This document shows positions 38,553 through 52,416 of a DNA stretch of 64,000 nucleotides, in pieces. The notes below the pieces were generated by a model, which was not told where the DNA came from, ran no database searches, and saw nothing but the letters and a program-made list of their open reading frames with translations. Within the stretch, counting starts at the first letter, position 1, and each line of letters begins with the position of its first letter. This DNA is from Squalus acanthias (taxonomy: Eukaryota). The DNA lies in NCBI GenBank assembly GCA_030390025.1, contig CM059431.1, positions 101,310,001 to 101,374,000 of the forward strand, written 5' to 3'. The position numbers were made by a program, and so were the translations under genes.

Positions 38553-38590
38553 TCACAAGCTTTCGGAGCCGCTGCTCCTTCGTCAGGTGA
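38553..38590 (-). ncRNA. Minimal type I hammerhead ribozyme motif in a Penelope-like remnant (~38500-38600)
   Basis: Minus strand UCAC-CUGACGA-A-GGAGC-agcg-GCUCC-GAAAGCUU-GUGA: intact core, 5-bp helix II, palindromic AGCU helix III, 4-bp helix I. Confidence 0.7.
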
Positions 38591-38889
38591 AGTGAAGGAA
38601 TACAAATCGGCAAAGCATATATAGACAGAGAACAATGCCTGTGTAGCGTACAATGTCAGACGACTACAGTTAATCTTTCTGACTGCCTTTTATCACACCT
38701 CGGCAGAGAGACAATCAGGTCAGTCAGGAAGACATTATATCAAAGACATAGCAAAATACAACTAAGACAATGAGGTGGGGTCACAGGGGGTCTAATGTGT
38801 CAAATGCTGCAGTCTGTATGGAAAACCATAAACTTTAAACTTTTTACTTTTTTTTTTTACTGGAAATCACCGGCATCTCCGCATCACAT

Positions 38890-39472
38890 TCAGTTATACA
38901 GGGCATTGGTGAGACCACATCTGGAGTACTATGTACAGTATTGGTCTCCTTATTTAAGGAAGGATGTAAATGCATTGGAAGCAGTTCAGAGAAGGTTTAC
39001 TAAACTAATACCTGGAATGGGCAGGTTGTCTTATGAGGAAAGGTTGGACAGGCTAGGCTTGCATCCGCTGGAGTTTAGAAGAGTAAGAGGTGACTTGATT
39101 GAAACATATAAGATCCTGAGGGGTCTTGACAGGGTGGATGTGGAGAGGATGTTTCCTCTTGTGGGAGAATCTAGAACTAGGGGTCACTGTTCAAAAATAA
39201 GGGGTCGCCCATTTAAGACAGAGATGAGGAGAAATTTTTTCTCACAGAGGATCGTGAGTCTTTGGAACTCTTCCTCAGAGGGCGGTGGAAGCAGAGTCTT
39301 TGAATGCTTTTAAGGCAGAGGTAGATAGATTCTTGATAAGCAAAGGGGGTGAAAGGTTATCGGGGGTAGGCGGGAATGTGGAGTAATCAGATCAGCCACG
39401 ATCTTATTGAATCGCGGAGCAGGTTCGAGGGGCCGAGTGGCCTACTCCTGCTCCTAATTCGTATGTTCGTAT
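38890..39472 (+). mobile_element. CR1 3' fragment
   Basis: LYRALVRPHLEYYVQYWSPYLRKD, TRGH. Confidence 0.9.
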
Positions 39473-40046
39473 TCATCAATGCTGGTGGGGAAGTGAGGGA
39501 ATAGGAAAACTGCAAATCAATAAAATCAGGATTACCACAAAAAAAAGTGAACCTCACTGATACTTTAATACAATGCTTACGCAAAAGCGCCCACAAAAAT
39601 ACTTTATGAAACCCAACAAGGCAACGGTGAATATCTCTGTAATGCTAATGGAATGGGATCTTCAAAATTATGAAGGGTAGACGTAGAGAAGATGTTTCCA
39701 CTTGTGGGGGAGTCCAAAACTGGGGGCCCATAAATATAAGATAGTCACTAACAAATCCAATAAGGAATTCAGGAGAAACTTCTTTACCCAGAGAGTGGTG
39801 AGAATGTGGAGCTCGCTACCACAGAGAGTGGTTGAGGCGAAGAGCATAGATGCATTTAAGGGGAAGCTAGATAAGTACATGAGAGAGGAAAGAATAGAAG
39901 GGAGGCCGATAAGGTGAGATGAAGTAGGGTGGGAGGAGGCTCATGTGGAGCATAAACACCGGCACGGACCAATTGGGGCGAATGGCCTGTTTCTGTGCAG
40001 TACATTCTATGTAGCGTATCAACGGAATATACTGAAGGATGAATAC

Positions 40047-41175
40047 AAAGAAAAAGACTTGCATTTCTACAGCGCCTTTCACGACCTCAGGACGTCCCAA
40101 AGCGCTTTACAGCCAATGAAGTACTTTTTGAAGTGTAGTCACTGTTGTAATGTAGGAAACGTGGTAACCAATATGTGCACAGCAAGCTCCCACACACAGC
40201 AATGTGATAATGACCAGATAATCTGTTTTAGTGATGTTGGCTGAGGGTTAAATATTGGCCCCAGGACACCGGGGAGAACTCTTCTTCGAAATAGTGCCTG
40301 TGGGATCTTTTACGTCCACCTGAGAGGGCAAACCGGGGCCTCGGTTTAACGTCTCATCCAATAAATGGCACCTCTGAGAGTGCAGCACTCCCTCAGTACT
40401 GCACTAGGAGTGTCAATCTAAATTATGTGCGCAAGTGTCTGGAGTGGGACTTGAACCAACAACCTTCTGACTCAGAGGCGTGAGTGCTACCCACTGAGCC
40501 ACGGCTGACGTGTGAAAGATTTGCAGTGCGATTCCTTTTTCCCTTCTCTGGGCATGTCACGTGACGTGACGTAAATCTTATTACTGTTTGTGGGAGCTTG
40601 CTGTGTGCAAGTTGGCTGCTGCTGCATTTCCTACATTACAACAGTGACTACACTTCAAAAAAAGTACTTAATTAGCTGTAAAGCGCTTTGGGACATCCTG
40701 AGGTCATGAAAAGCTCGACAAGAAAGAAAGACTTGCATTTATATAGCGCCTTTCACGACCACTGGACGTCCCAAAGCGCTTTACAGCCAATGAAGTACTT
40801 TTGAAGTGTAGTCAATGTTGTAATGTAGGAAACGCGGCAGCCAATTTGCACACAGCAAGCTCCCACAAACTGCACTGTGATAATCTGTTTCAGTGATGTT
40901 GGTGGAGGGATAAATATTTGCCACGACATCGGGGATAACTTCCCTGCTCTTCTTTGAAATAATGCCATGAGATCTTTTACGCCCACATGAGAGCAGACGG
41001 GACCTCGGTTTAATGTCTCATCCGAAAGACGGCACCTCCGACAGTGCAGCGCTCCCTCAGTACTGTACTGGGAGTGTCAGCCTAGATTTTTGTGCTCAAG
41101 TCCCTGGAGCGGACTTGAATCCACAACCTACTGACTCAAGAGGCGAGGTTGCTACACACTGAACCACGGCTGACA
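40047..41175. mobile_element. Cluster of three Deu-SINEs: 40047-40509 (-), 40577-40715 (+, partial), 40720-41175 (-)
   Basis: Same family sequence in alternating orientation. Confidence 0.87.
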
Positions 41176-43964
41176 TGTTCTAAGCATTTATATTGCAGAA
41201 CCACTGCTCGTTCTTAGACAGAGTCCAGACGTGGACAAATTATACATGGAGGGAAAGTCCCTGACGGACCAAATCACACTTTTTTTTCCTTTCTGTACTT
41301 TACGACGTTCTCAATTTGAAGTACTTCGAATGATAATCAAAAACGAGTAATAGCTGCAAGAATGGCTGGAGCACAGCCAGCCAAACATAAAGGAGTTGCC
41401 TCACCCTTGTTCTTGACACCCTTGTTGGTGGTTAGAAACAACACAAAGGGAAAAGATGATCCGAGTTGGTATGGTGCCCATGAATCTCGGGTAATGAAGT
41501 CAGTCAGGAAGGTTAATCTTCATAGAATCAAACAGCACAGAAAGAGGCCTTTCGGCCCTTCATGCCTGTACCAACACTTTAAAAGAGCTGTCCAATTAGT
41601 CCCACTCCCCCTGTTCTTTCCCCACAGCCCTGCAAATCTTAACATAGAATCAATCATATGAACAGCCTTGCCTGTGGTGAATTATTTTTGGGCAGTTTGA
41701 TAAATATACTCGAATCTGTGGCACATCTAACTCCTTTTGCACGTTAGTTCTTATATGGATGATGTGATATGTATTTCTTGTATCCTTGAAAATCAAAATT
41801 AATAAAAGTGGATTTTTTTTTTTGCTGCTGCTGCCCCGTTAATGAGAACACAAAGAAAAATATGGAATCAGTTGGCTGTTTCCCAAACCTTTTCTTGGTA
41901 CCCATGTGGGGAGAGGGAAATGTGACTGAAAATACAGCACAAACACAAAGTGTGCAATGTAGAGGACGGATGATGCTGAAGCACCAATTTCAGAGCTTTT
42001 TTATGTGACTGTGGATGGATAACAACAACTTACATTTATACAGCACCTTTAACCTCGTAAAACATCCCAAGGCGCCTCACAGGAGTGTAATCAAACAAAA
42101 TTTGACACCGAGCCACATAAGGAGATATGAGGACAGGTATTAGAACCAAAAGCTTGGTCAAAAAGACAGGTTTTAAGGAGGAGAGAGAGGTAGAGAGGCG
42201 GAGAGGTTTAAGGATGTAATTCCAGAGCTTAGAGCCCAGGTAGCTGAAGGCACAGCCACCAATGGTGGAGTGATGGAAATCGGGCATGCACAAGAGGCCG
42301 GAATTGGAGGTCCGCAGAGATTTGTTGTGCTGAAGGAGGTCACAGAGATAGGGAGAGGCGAGGCCATGGAGGGATTTGAGAACAAGGATGAGAATTTTTA
42401 AATCGAGGTGTTGCCAGACCGGTTAGTGAGCACAGGGGTGATGGGTAAACGGGACATGGTGCGAGTTAGGGTACGGGCAGCAGAGTTTTGGGTGAACTCA
42501 AGAAGATAAAAGGGACCAAAAAGGTATACGGTTGCCTTGGGTCACTTGCAGATGAAAGTATAATTACTTAATCCACTGAAAAGCAACTGAGTCAGTTCAA
42601 AGCAGGGATCGCTTGAACACTTCTGGTCTCTATGCCTCCGTAAAACATTGAGGGCATATTTACTCACTGAGCTAACGAGATATCCAAAACATCGTACTTC
42701 AATTATTTTTAAAGACTATTTAATGTCAACCTCACTACCCATCAGCCTCAGTGCTTCAAATTATTAGACTGAAAGCTGGGACCAACAATGGCTGCAATGA
42801 GTGAAATGATAAAAGTTCAAATTTAAATTAGAAATAGGTCATGCAAAAATATTTACCAGGTATCGATGCTGCGGACCAATTTTTGAATCGTTCTGCAGTT
42901 TTCTTTCCATCAAGTCTACATCATTATAATGTTGCGATTACAATTCTTTACCCCCATTCATAGCAAATTACGGTTTTCATTATCCGAACTATGTGATTTG
43001 AAACTTACATAAGAACATAAGAAGTAGGAGCCGGAGTCGGCCATATGGCCCTTCGAGCCTGCTCCGCCATTCAATAAGATCACGGCTGATCTTCGACCTC
43101 AACTCCACTTTCCCGCCCGATCCCCATACCCCTTGATTTCAAAAATCTATCTATCTCAGCCTTGAATATACTCAATGACTGAGCCTCCACAGCCCTCTGG
43201 GGTAGAGAATTCCAAAGATTCACAACCCTCTGAGTGAAGAAATTCCTCCTCATCTCAGTCCTAAATGGCCGACCCCTTATCCTGAGACTATGACCCCTAG
43301 TTCTAGACTCTCCAGCCAGGGGAAACAACCTCTCAGCATCTACCCTGTCAATCCTCCTCAGAATCTTTTACGTTTCAATGAGATCACCTCTCATTCTTCT
43401 GAACTCCAGAGAGTATAGGCCCAATCTACTCAATCCTAGGCATGCTGTGAACACACCTCTGGACTAACAATCACCCGTTTACCGGGATTATTTCACAATG
43501 CACGTGGCACAGGTTGCCCATCGCGGACCTTTGTTCTCTCCAACATGTGTGGGAAAGCCCCATGCTGGTCGGACTGTTTGGGCTAAAACTAAAAGTCAGA
43601 TTTATTATAAGAATTAAATTTAAAAAAATCTTGTTGGTATTAATATTAATCAAAACAACCAAGGTTTAGAAAAGTCCACAAGAATTTAGAAATATCATCC
43701 CCAAAGTGTGTTCTTACACAGCAAGACTTGGATTTGGCAGGACAAGGAAAGCCAGCAGAGCTTGATGAGGACAAAGATCCAGGCTTATGTGCGTGTCAGG
43801 GGGGCAGGTCGCGACACTCTGAGTGAGTTGTAGCTTGTGGCAAGTGGAAGCTGGGAGGCTGTCTCGGGCGGCATGAAGAGAAAACCAAATATCAAAGTGA
43901 TAAAGACATGAGTTAGGGTTTCAGCAGCAGAGGGAGAGGAGGGAGGAGAAGGGCAGATGCAGCA

Positions 43965-44645
43965 ATGTTTACATAGAATGTACAGCACAGAAACAGGCCA
44001 TTCGGCCCAACTGGTCCGTGCCGGTGTTTATACTCCACACGAGCCTCCTCCCACCCTACTTCATCTCACCCGATCAGCATATCCTTCTATTTCTTTCTCC
44101 CTCATGTCTTTATCTAGCTTCCCCTTAAATGTGCCTATGCTATTCGCCTCAACCACTCCCCGTGGTAGCGAGTTCCACATTCTCACCACTCTCTGGGTAA
44201 AGAAGTTTCTCCTGAATTCACTGTTGGATTTATTAGTGACTTTCTTATATTTATGTCCCTAGTTTTAAACTCTCCCACAAGTGGAAATATCTTCTCGGCG
44301 TCTACCCTAGCAAAACCCCATCATAATTTTAAACACCCCTATTTGGTCATCATTCAGCCTTCTCTTCTCTAGAGAAGGGAGCCCCAGCCTGTTCAATCTT
44401 TCCTGATAGTTATAACCTCTCAGTTCTGCAAAGCTTTTTTTGCACCTTCTTCGGTGCCTCTGTATCCTTTTTTATAATATGGGGACCAGAACTGTGCACG
44501 GTACTCCAAGCGTGATCTAACCAAGGTTCTATACAAGTTTAACATAACTTCCCTGCTTTTCAATTCTATTCCTTCAGAAATGACCCCAGTGCTTTGTTTG
44601 CATTTGTTATGGCCTTGTTAATCTGCGTTGCTACCTTTAATGAGT
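43965..44645 (-). mobile_element. CR1 3' fragment
   Basis: Reverse complement of the 3072-3810 type. Confidence 0.88.
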
Positions 44646-44807
44646 CAGACCAAACAGCTCTGCTGAATCCTGAAAACAAGTAGTACGCAACTTGTGATGG
44701 CACTAGAAGAAAGCATTTTCTCTCGTGTGTACTTTCACATTGGGTCAGGCTTTCTCATAAACCAACTTGTGAATGTGGAACGGTAATCCAGTTACGTTGA
44801 ACACCAT

Positions 44808-45558
44808 GTTCCAGTATCTGCTGCCAAAATAACGGCGAGTTTAATGGCGCTCGCCGTTATTGACGTGTAAATCGTCTAGCGACTGATGGCGAGGAAGAGA
44901 TACTCTGTGAGTTGCAAATCGCCACAAGTTGCCAGACGGTTTGCGCCGCTCCGCCGTTAGCCTCGCGAAAGCGGCAGCTCGCCCTCAACTTCCCCGCGAG
45001 TTTCGTGATGTTGCCGCATTTGCGTATTAATTACCCATCAAACTCGCCGCAGAAAATTAGGGCTGCTACTTAACAGATTAAGGACCCTTTTAACAACGTG
45101 ATAATGGTTATTGCAATGCCAATCAACCTCTCCGGTCCAGAAAGGGAAGAATTGAAACTGTGGAGTCTCATTCCTGCAGGCAGTAAATAGTTCTTACAGA
45201 TTTTTCAAAATTCAAATGTCTCATTTTTTTTCTTACTTTTCCTTTCTGTCTCTTTTCTCCCTCTCTTAATCCAATCTTTCTTTCCCTCTCTCTATTTCTC
45301 TTTCTGTACCTGATTTGACTCTAATTCACCCTATTTCCTTCTCCATCGTTCCTCTGTTTATTTCTCAATCCTGAAAATCTCATTGATTGAGGAGATAGAC
45401 TCTTGGCCCCGTTGTTCACCGAGGTCCCAGATGCCCCGTTGCCCTCGCTATCAGCTCATACTTCCAGGGGAAAAAATGTTTTCGAGCTGAAGGTCAAGGG
45501 AAAAAATCTAACTATCGGGGTACGCCGCGAGATGCCCCATTCGTGCAAATGATGGGTC
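44808..45558. mobile_element. Degenerate MITE related to 59513-60270
   Basis: Shares tgtggagtctcattcct and CT-rich block in inverted orientation; CpG-rich ends. Confidence 0.55.
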
Positions 45559-48500
45559 ATTATGTGTCTTTAATTAGCAGGAATTCTGTAGCGTGGTGTA
45601 CACTCGGTGAGTAAGAATCATTTCATGTTTCACTTCTCAGAACTAGATGGACAAGGGTTGACACTCTCATGGAACAGACTAAAACCACAGGAAACTGATA
45701 AGCTATTCAAAGATTTTGCTCATGATTTAAAAAAAAGCGAACACGTCAAATCTACTTTTATCTGATGCAAGGCAGATTTCCTTCAGTGTAAGCGATCTGA
45801 AATTTGGTACAACATCACTAGATCAGAGGTTAGGTCCAGATACAGACAGAAATTGAAGGGGTTCAGTGTGTAAGTATTGACACTTATTCAAAGCTTAACA
45901 AGTTTAATGTGTCATTTAATTGATGTAATGTTAACGATACCTTAAGAGTGGACCATGTTACTAGCTTTGTTCTTCTGCTGTCTTTCTCTAAATTTTCCAC
46001 CTTTAGGAATAATTCTCAAATGCTGATGTTTATAAATTATAACTTTTAGAGTTTGCGCTGGATAAAGTCTGCTTGTTCTGTGAAACATTTTTCCCAAAAT
46101 TACTATATATTTTTTTTAAAAAGCCACCAAAAGCTGTTGATAGTTTTCATTTCTTACAAATTCAGATGACTGAATAAATCAAAAAAATTTTAAAGAGATT
46201 TTGAAAAAAGCTTTTTGTAACTACTGTGCATCTTGTGTCATATATGGGCATTGAAATAGCAGATAATTCAGGAATATTAAAAATTGTACTTTGGGTAAAT
46301 AGCATGCAGATTCTCCCAACCATCTAACAATCTCAATTTAACTATAGAAAGACATACAGTATTTAGATGATCAAAAATCACATGTATACTGTTTAAAAAC
46401 ATTACCATGGCAAGAGCTACAACATGCTTGTCAAGCAGGAGCAAGAAATCAGATTTACCTCCCTCCAATTCTCCAAGTAGTAAGTTCCAAATTGTAGCTC
46501 AGACATTTGACAGGGAAGCTTGTCCTTACATAAAGCAAGAGGGCCAGTTAGATACCAAACCTCTTGCCACCCTTCTAAGCCTCTCATAGCAGTGTTGGCA
46601 GTAAACTGGGAGCATAGGCTGAGTACTATGTGATGGCGAGGGGAGAAGGCAGGGGGGTGAAGGATAGAGGCTCAGAAGGGGGGGCGGGGGGGAGGGGGGG
46701 GAATTTTTTTTTTTTAGAAAACCGGAGGATGAACAACAAAGAAATATATACCAGTAATCAGGATCGCGTTTGTGGTTTCACGGTTATTGATGTAGGGCTG
46801 TTCCAAGTACAGTACTACATTCTTCCCAGCATTTCAACACTTGGCTATACGGTAAGGATGAAATTGGCTGGCTGTTGAGAAGTACACTGCAGAGGCAGTA
46901 AAATGAATAGTCAACCCTGATTAGCCCTGCCTGCAGTATACTCAGTCGAGGCTGTCTCTCCTACACATGCAACTGAGTTGACATTGAGCTGTGCTGTATT
47001 CGTAATGAATTAGCACATTCGTACAAAATTATTTTACCTGCTATTTTAAAAAAGGGCGTGGACCCATTTGTTCAGATGCACTGATCGCATACAGAGCAAG
47101 TTGATACAAATGGTGTTAATGCATTTATCACTAATATCACATAGCACATGGCCAGAGAGTACAAAAAGAGAAGAACAGTGAATTACATAGGATTTACAGC
47201 ACAGGCTATTCAGCCCAACTGGCGGAAGGGTCGAGAACCAGAGGGCAGAGATTTAAGGTGATTGGCAGAAGATCCAAAAGTGACATGGGGGAAAAACTTT
47301 TTTTTAACGCAGTGAGTGGTTAGGATCTGGAATGCACTGCCTGATAGGGCGGGGAGTGGGACTAGCTGAAGTGCTCTTGCGGAGAGCCGGCGGGGGCATG
47401 ACGGGCCGAATTGCCTCCTACTGTGCTGTAACCATTCTCTGATTCACTCACCCCATGCCTCCAGAGTCTCCTCAGGTTTACAGCATGTCTCCAAGATTTC
47501 TGTGTTTACTGAGTCTACCTAGAATTACATAGAATTCACAGCACAGAAGTAGGCTATTCAGCCCAACTGGTCCATGCTGGTGTTTATGCTCCACACGAGT
47601 CTCCTCCCACCCATCAGCATAACTTTCTATCCCCTTTTCCCCTCATGTACCTATCTAGCTTCCCCTGAAATGCATCTGTGCTATTCACCTCAACTACTCC
47701 TTGAGGTAGCGAGTTCCACATTCTCATCATTCTCTGGGTAAAGAATGATTTTATGATTCTTTAAAGAAGTTTCTCCTGAATTCCTTATTGGATTTATTAC
47801 TGTCTTATACTTATGACCACTAGTTCTGGTCTCAGCCGCAAGTAGAATCATTATCTCTACGTCTACCGGATCGAACCACATCATAATTTTAAAGACCTCT
47901 ATCAGGTCACCCCTCCGCCTTCTCCTTTCTACAGCCCCAGCCTGTTCAATCTTTCCTGATAGTTGCAACCTCTCAGTTCTGGTATCATCCTTGTAAATCT
48001 TTTTTGCACCTTCTCCAGTGCCTCTATATCCTTTTCATATGGAGATCAGAACTGTGCGCAGTACTCCATGTGTGGTCTAACCAAGGTTCGATACAAGTTT
48101 AACATAGCTTATCTGCTTTCATTCTATTCCCCTTGCAACAACAAAGCACCTTTAACACAGTAAAACGTCCCACGCGCTTCACAGGAGTGTTATCAACAAA
48201 AAAATTGACACTGAGCTAAAGGAGGAGACATTAGGACAGGTCAAAGGGGTAGGTTTTAAGGAGTGTCTTAAAGGAGGAGAAAGAGGTAGAGAGGTGGAGA
48301 GGTTTAGGGAGGGAATTTCAGAGCTTAGGGTCCAGGCAGCTAAAAGCACAGCCGCCAATGGTGGCGCGATGGAATTCAGGGATGCCGAAGAGGCCGGAAT
48401 TGGAGTAATGCCAAGTTCTCGGAGGGTTGTAGGGCTGGAGGAGGTTACAAAGATAGGGAGGGATTTGAAGACAAAGATTAATAGGATGTCACATTTCTCT

Positions 48501-48764
48501 GTCACAGCCAGTGTAGCACATAGTAGCTATTATTTTATAGTGAGGGCATATCATCCTGTGATTGTGCAATTTGGTCACCAGCCTCACTCAAAATGTTTTT
48601 TGAAAACATTTTGAGAAGAGAGCTCCAGCCTGTTCAGTCTTTGCTGATAGATGCATCCTTGTAAATCCTTTTTGCACCTTCTCCAGTGTCTCTCTCCACG
48701 TTTTGTAATATGGAGACCAGAACGGTGCATAGTACTCTAAGTGTGGTCTAACCAAGGCTCGATT

Positions 48765-50000
48765 TCGGGTGGAGGAAGGAGTGATAATTAGAAGTCAGCT
48801 AGTGAAAGCTGTCAGATTTGCTGATGATAAAGCCTTGGTGGCAAGTACCATGAATGGACAACACTTGTTCGTAGATAACTTGAATGCTGCAGCAATGGAT
48901 TATGGAATCAAGACTAACATGGGTAAGACCAAAGTTACAAAGGTTCATCGGAATGTAGGTGAAAGAGTGAGCATTTTAATAAACGAGGAACAATTGAATC
49001 AGGTGAGACAATTTAAAGATCTGGGAAGTATTATGAAGATGGCAGATGTGCCTTGGAGGTGAGAGCTAGGATCACCATGGGAAAAGTTAATACAAGGATG
49101 AGGATACTGACTGGACAGTTGAATAGAGAACTGAAGAAAGATTAGTGAAGACAAAAGCAAAATACTGTGGATACAGGAAATCTGAAATAAAAACAGAAAA
49201 TGCTGAAAACACTTAGCAGGTCAGGCAGCATCTGTGGAGCGAGAAACAGAGTTAACGTTTCAGGTCGATGACCTTTCAACAGAACTGGAAGAGGAGAGAG
49301 ATTTTAACAGTTTTTAAGCAATTACAGAAAAGGGAGGGTGGAAGGCAAGAGCAAAGGGAGAGATCTGTAATAGGGTGGCAGGCAAGTGTGATTAAATGAC
49401 AAAAGGGATGATGGTGCGAGGCAAAAGGAGATGGTAATGGGACAAGTAAGGAAACAAAAGATGGGTCCAGAGGAGGTGCAAATGTTTACAGCAAAACCCT
49501 TACCAGCACCTGCTGTCCAAGAAAATGGGAGCGGCTATTATGATCTGAAATTGTTGAACTCAATGTTGAGGCCAGAAGGCCGTAAAGTGCCTAAGCGAAA
49601 GGTGAGGTGCAGTTCCTTGAGCTTGTGTTGAGCTAAGATTAGCAAAGAAGTTTATATGGATTGTGGTGCTGAAACATGGACACTCAGGAAAGAGGAGGTC
49701 AGGCTTCGAGACAGCTTTGAGATGTGGGTTTGGAGACGCACGGAAAAAGGCGAGTGGTTAGATAAGAAGTGTTGGCAATGATACAAGGAGAACATGGTTT
49801 GATTGATGTTATCAGAAAAAGGGCAAAAGAATCGGACTGAGCATGTGCTGAGTGGGATATAATGTTGAAGGAGGTATTAGAAGGATGGATGGAAGGACAA
49901 AGACCAAGAGTGAGGAAAAGAAGGATGCTGCTGGACCTCCTTGAAGAATGAGAGGTCGTATGGAGAACTTAAGAGAGAAACACAAGACAGTGTGTTTTGG
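48765..50000 (+). mobile_element. Decayed RTE-clade LINE fragment, interrupted by the Penelope-like element
   Basis: VRFADDKALVA...GIKTNMGKTKV...QFKDLGS, then GAETWTL and SFEMWVWRR (49668-49740) and VLEGWMEGQRPR after the insertion; typical RTE C-terminus. Confidence 0.8.
49152..49634 (-). mobile_element. Penelope-like element 3' fragment with degenerate hammerhead (49250-49286)
   Basis: 49538-49633 encodes AQHKLKELHLTFRLGTLRPSGLNIEFNNFRS*, resembling the PLE GIY-YIG C-terminus; AGUU-CUGuUGA-A-AGGUC-auc-GACCU-GAAACGUU-AACU; 14-bp TSD aagattag(tg/ca)aaga at 49138-49151 and 49635-49648. Confidence 0.85.
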
Positions 50001-51867
50001 TGAAGGGGGAATTGAGTTAGAATCTGACTTTGGCAGACCAGTGATGATGGTGACTGATTACACACCTGCTGTAGTTTTTGAGTCATGTTCTATCAACTTT
50101 CAAAAGTACTTCAAGCTCAGCCATTGTTTTACCTCATTGTAATGGAGCTCATCTTTCAAAAAAATGCAGGTGGTTATTAATTATATGACCCACTTATCAC
50201 AATAGTGCCATTAATGTAATAAAATGTCCCAAAGTACTTCACAGGAGCATTATAAAACAAAATTTGGCACCGAGCCACATAAGGAGACAGGTGACCAATA
50301 GCTTGGTCAAAGAGGTAGATTTTAAGGAGCGTCTTAAAGGAGAGAGAGGCGGAGAGGTTTAGGGAGGGAATTCCAGAGCTCGGGGCCCAGGCAGCTGAAG
50401 GCACGGCCGCCAATGGTGGAGCGATGAAAATCGGTGATGCGCAAGAGGCCAGAATTGGAGGAGCACAGAGATCTCGGAGGGTTGTAGGAGGTTATTAACA
50501 GTTGTGTGTGAGTGATAAAGAGAGAGACTGACAAGCAAGTAAGAGCAAACATATACGCAGTTGCAAGTCTTTGTCAGACATTATGGTTTATGGTAGTTTT
50601 GAATCAAATATCTATAGAATGGCCCATCTTCACAATTATATGTGAAAGCTTCTGTCTGTAGTGAAAGTAGCGACTGAAGTGTCCATCATGAATGTTTGCC
50701 AATTATCTTTTTTGAACATTTGTCTTTTTTTCTATTTCATTGGTTACATCTCTGTTTTTCTCCTTTCTAATTAGGTATTTTCTACTATTAATATTCACTA
50801 ATCATACTGCAAAAAACATTTCACCCCTGAAAAAATATTCTGCCCAATAGAAGAAAGAAATCCATTTATACAGCGCCTATCTCAATCTCGGGACGTAAGG
50901 CAACAAAGTACTTTTTTTGGAAGTGTAGTCACTGTTGCCACGTAGGAAACGCGGCAGCCAATTTGTGCACAGCAAGCTCCCACAAACAGCAATGCGATAA
51001 TGATCAGATAATTACGTTTTCCAAGATGTGATTACCATGGCACTCTCTCCCCACAAGATCAGATTGTGAAGAAATGTTTTGATAATGTAGCTTTAAACGT
51101 AGAGCTTCCATTGCGGTTCAAACACTCCAATGAATACGGCACAGAGATTAAGATGCACAAACCCGCAATTCCATTTATGGCACTCTTGATGTAGAAATGC
51201 CTGGGCTTCCACAAGTCTCAGACTTTATTGAAGGAGCCCAGTGCTCCACTACGCTTTTGACTGCCAATCCATTCCTCTGCCAGGCCCACCCGTACTCCTG
51301 CAACGTTTCTGCTCTTTCCCTCGCACAACCACCATTCCTCACAGCCACCCCCACCCCCCGCGCCAGTGCTTCAGCTGGGCTCTTTGCGTCCTTGCCCTCC
51401 AGCCCTCAAACTCTTCCCACTCCAGCTCTGCGGTAACACACTCGCTTCAGAAAACAGCCTGCAAGTAGTCGCAGAGCTTCATGTTGCCTTAGCCTCAAAG
51501 CACACCACAGGATATCCACTTGCCCTTTCAATAACATTTGTAGGAACTAGTGATAGGCCTCATGTGGCTTTTAACTCTGTGTATTTTTGTTTTTAAAAGA
51601 TTTTATGGCTAGCTATAAATCAACCTTTGTAGCATTTGATCCAACTTACACACAGCAGGTACAGCACAGAAACAGGCCATTCGGCCCAACTGGTCCGTGC
51701 CGGTGTTTATGCTCCACACCAGCCTCCTCCCACCCCTCTTCATCTAAACCCCATCAGCATATCCTTCTATTCCTTCCTCCCTCATGTGTTTAATCTAACT
51801 TCCCCTTAAATGCATCTATGCTATTCGCCTCAACCACTCCCTGTGGTAGCGAGTTCCACAATCTAAC

Positions 51868-51976
51868 CAATGTTCCCATCCTGCGCAGCCTGCTTCCCGG
51901 CTTTACAATAAGAAAAAACATGCATGTGCGGTTATTTGAATGGGCCGCGCACCCAAAAAAATTTAAGGGAACATTG
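51868..51976. mobile_element. hAT-like mini-MITE inserted in a CR1 (51655-52145, -)
   Basis: TIR caatgttccc / gggaacattg, 8-bp imperfect TSD aatctaac / gttctaac. Confidence 0.8.
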
Positions 51977-52416
51977 GTTCTAACGACTCTCTGGGTAAAG
52001 AAGTTTCTCCTGAATTTCTTGTTGGATTCATTAGTGACTATCTTATATTTAGAGCCCCTACTTTTTGACACCTCCGCAAGTGGAAACATCTTCTCTACGT
52101 CTACCCTATCAAACCCTTTCATAATTTTAAAGACCTCGATCAGGTAAATAATGAGTGAAATCATTTAAAAATAAACAGCTTAATTTTTTTTTGAACAACT
52201 TTAATTTATACAGCGCCTTTAACATAGTAAAACGTCCCAAGGCGCTGCACAGGCGCGTTATCAGACGAAATTTGACAGCGAGCCATATAAGGAGATATTA
52301 GTACAGGTGACCAAAAGCTTGGTCAAAGAGGCATGTGGCAAGCAAGCTAAAAAGTTTCCAATGGTTTCACAGCCAATCATAAAACCATAAATAAAATTAA
52401 GCGCTTACACTATTGA

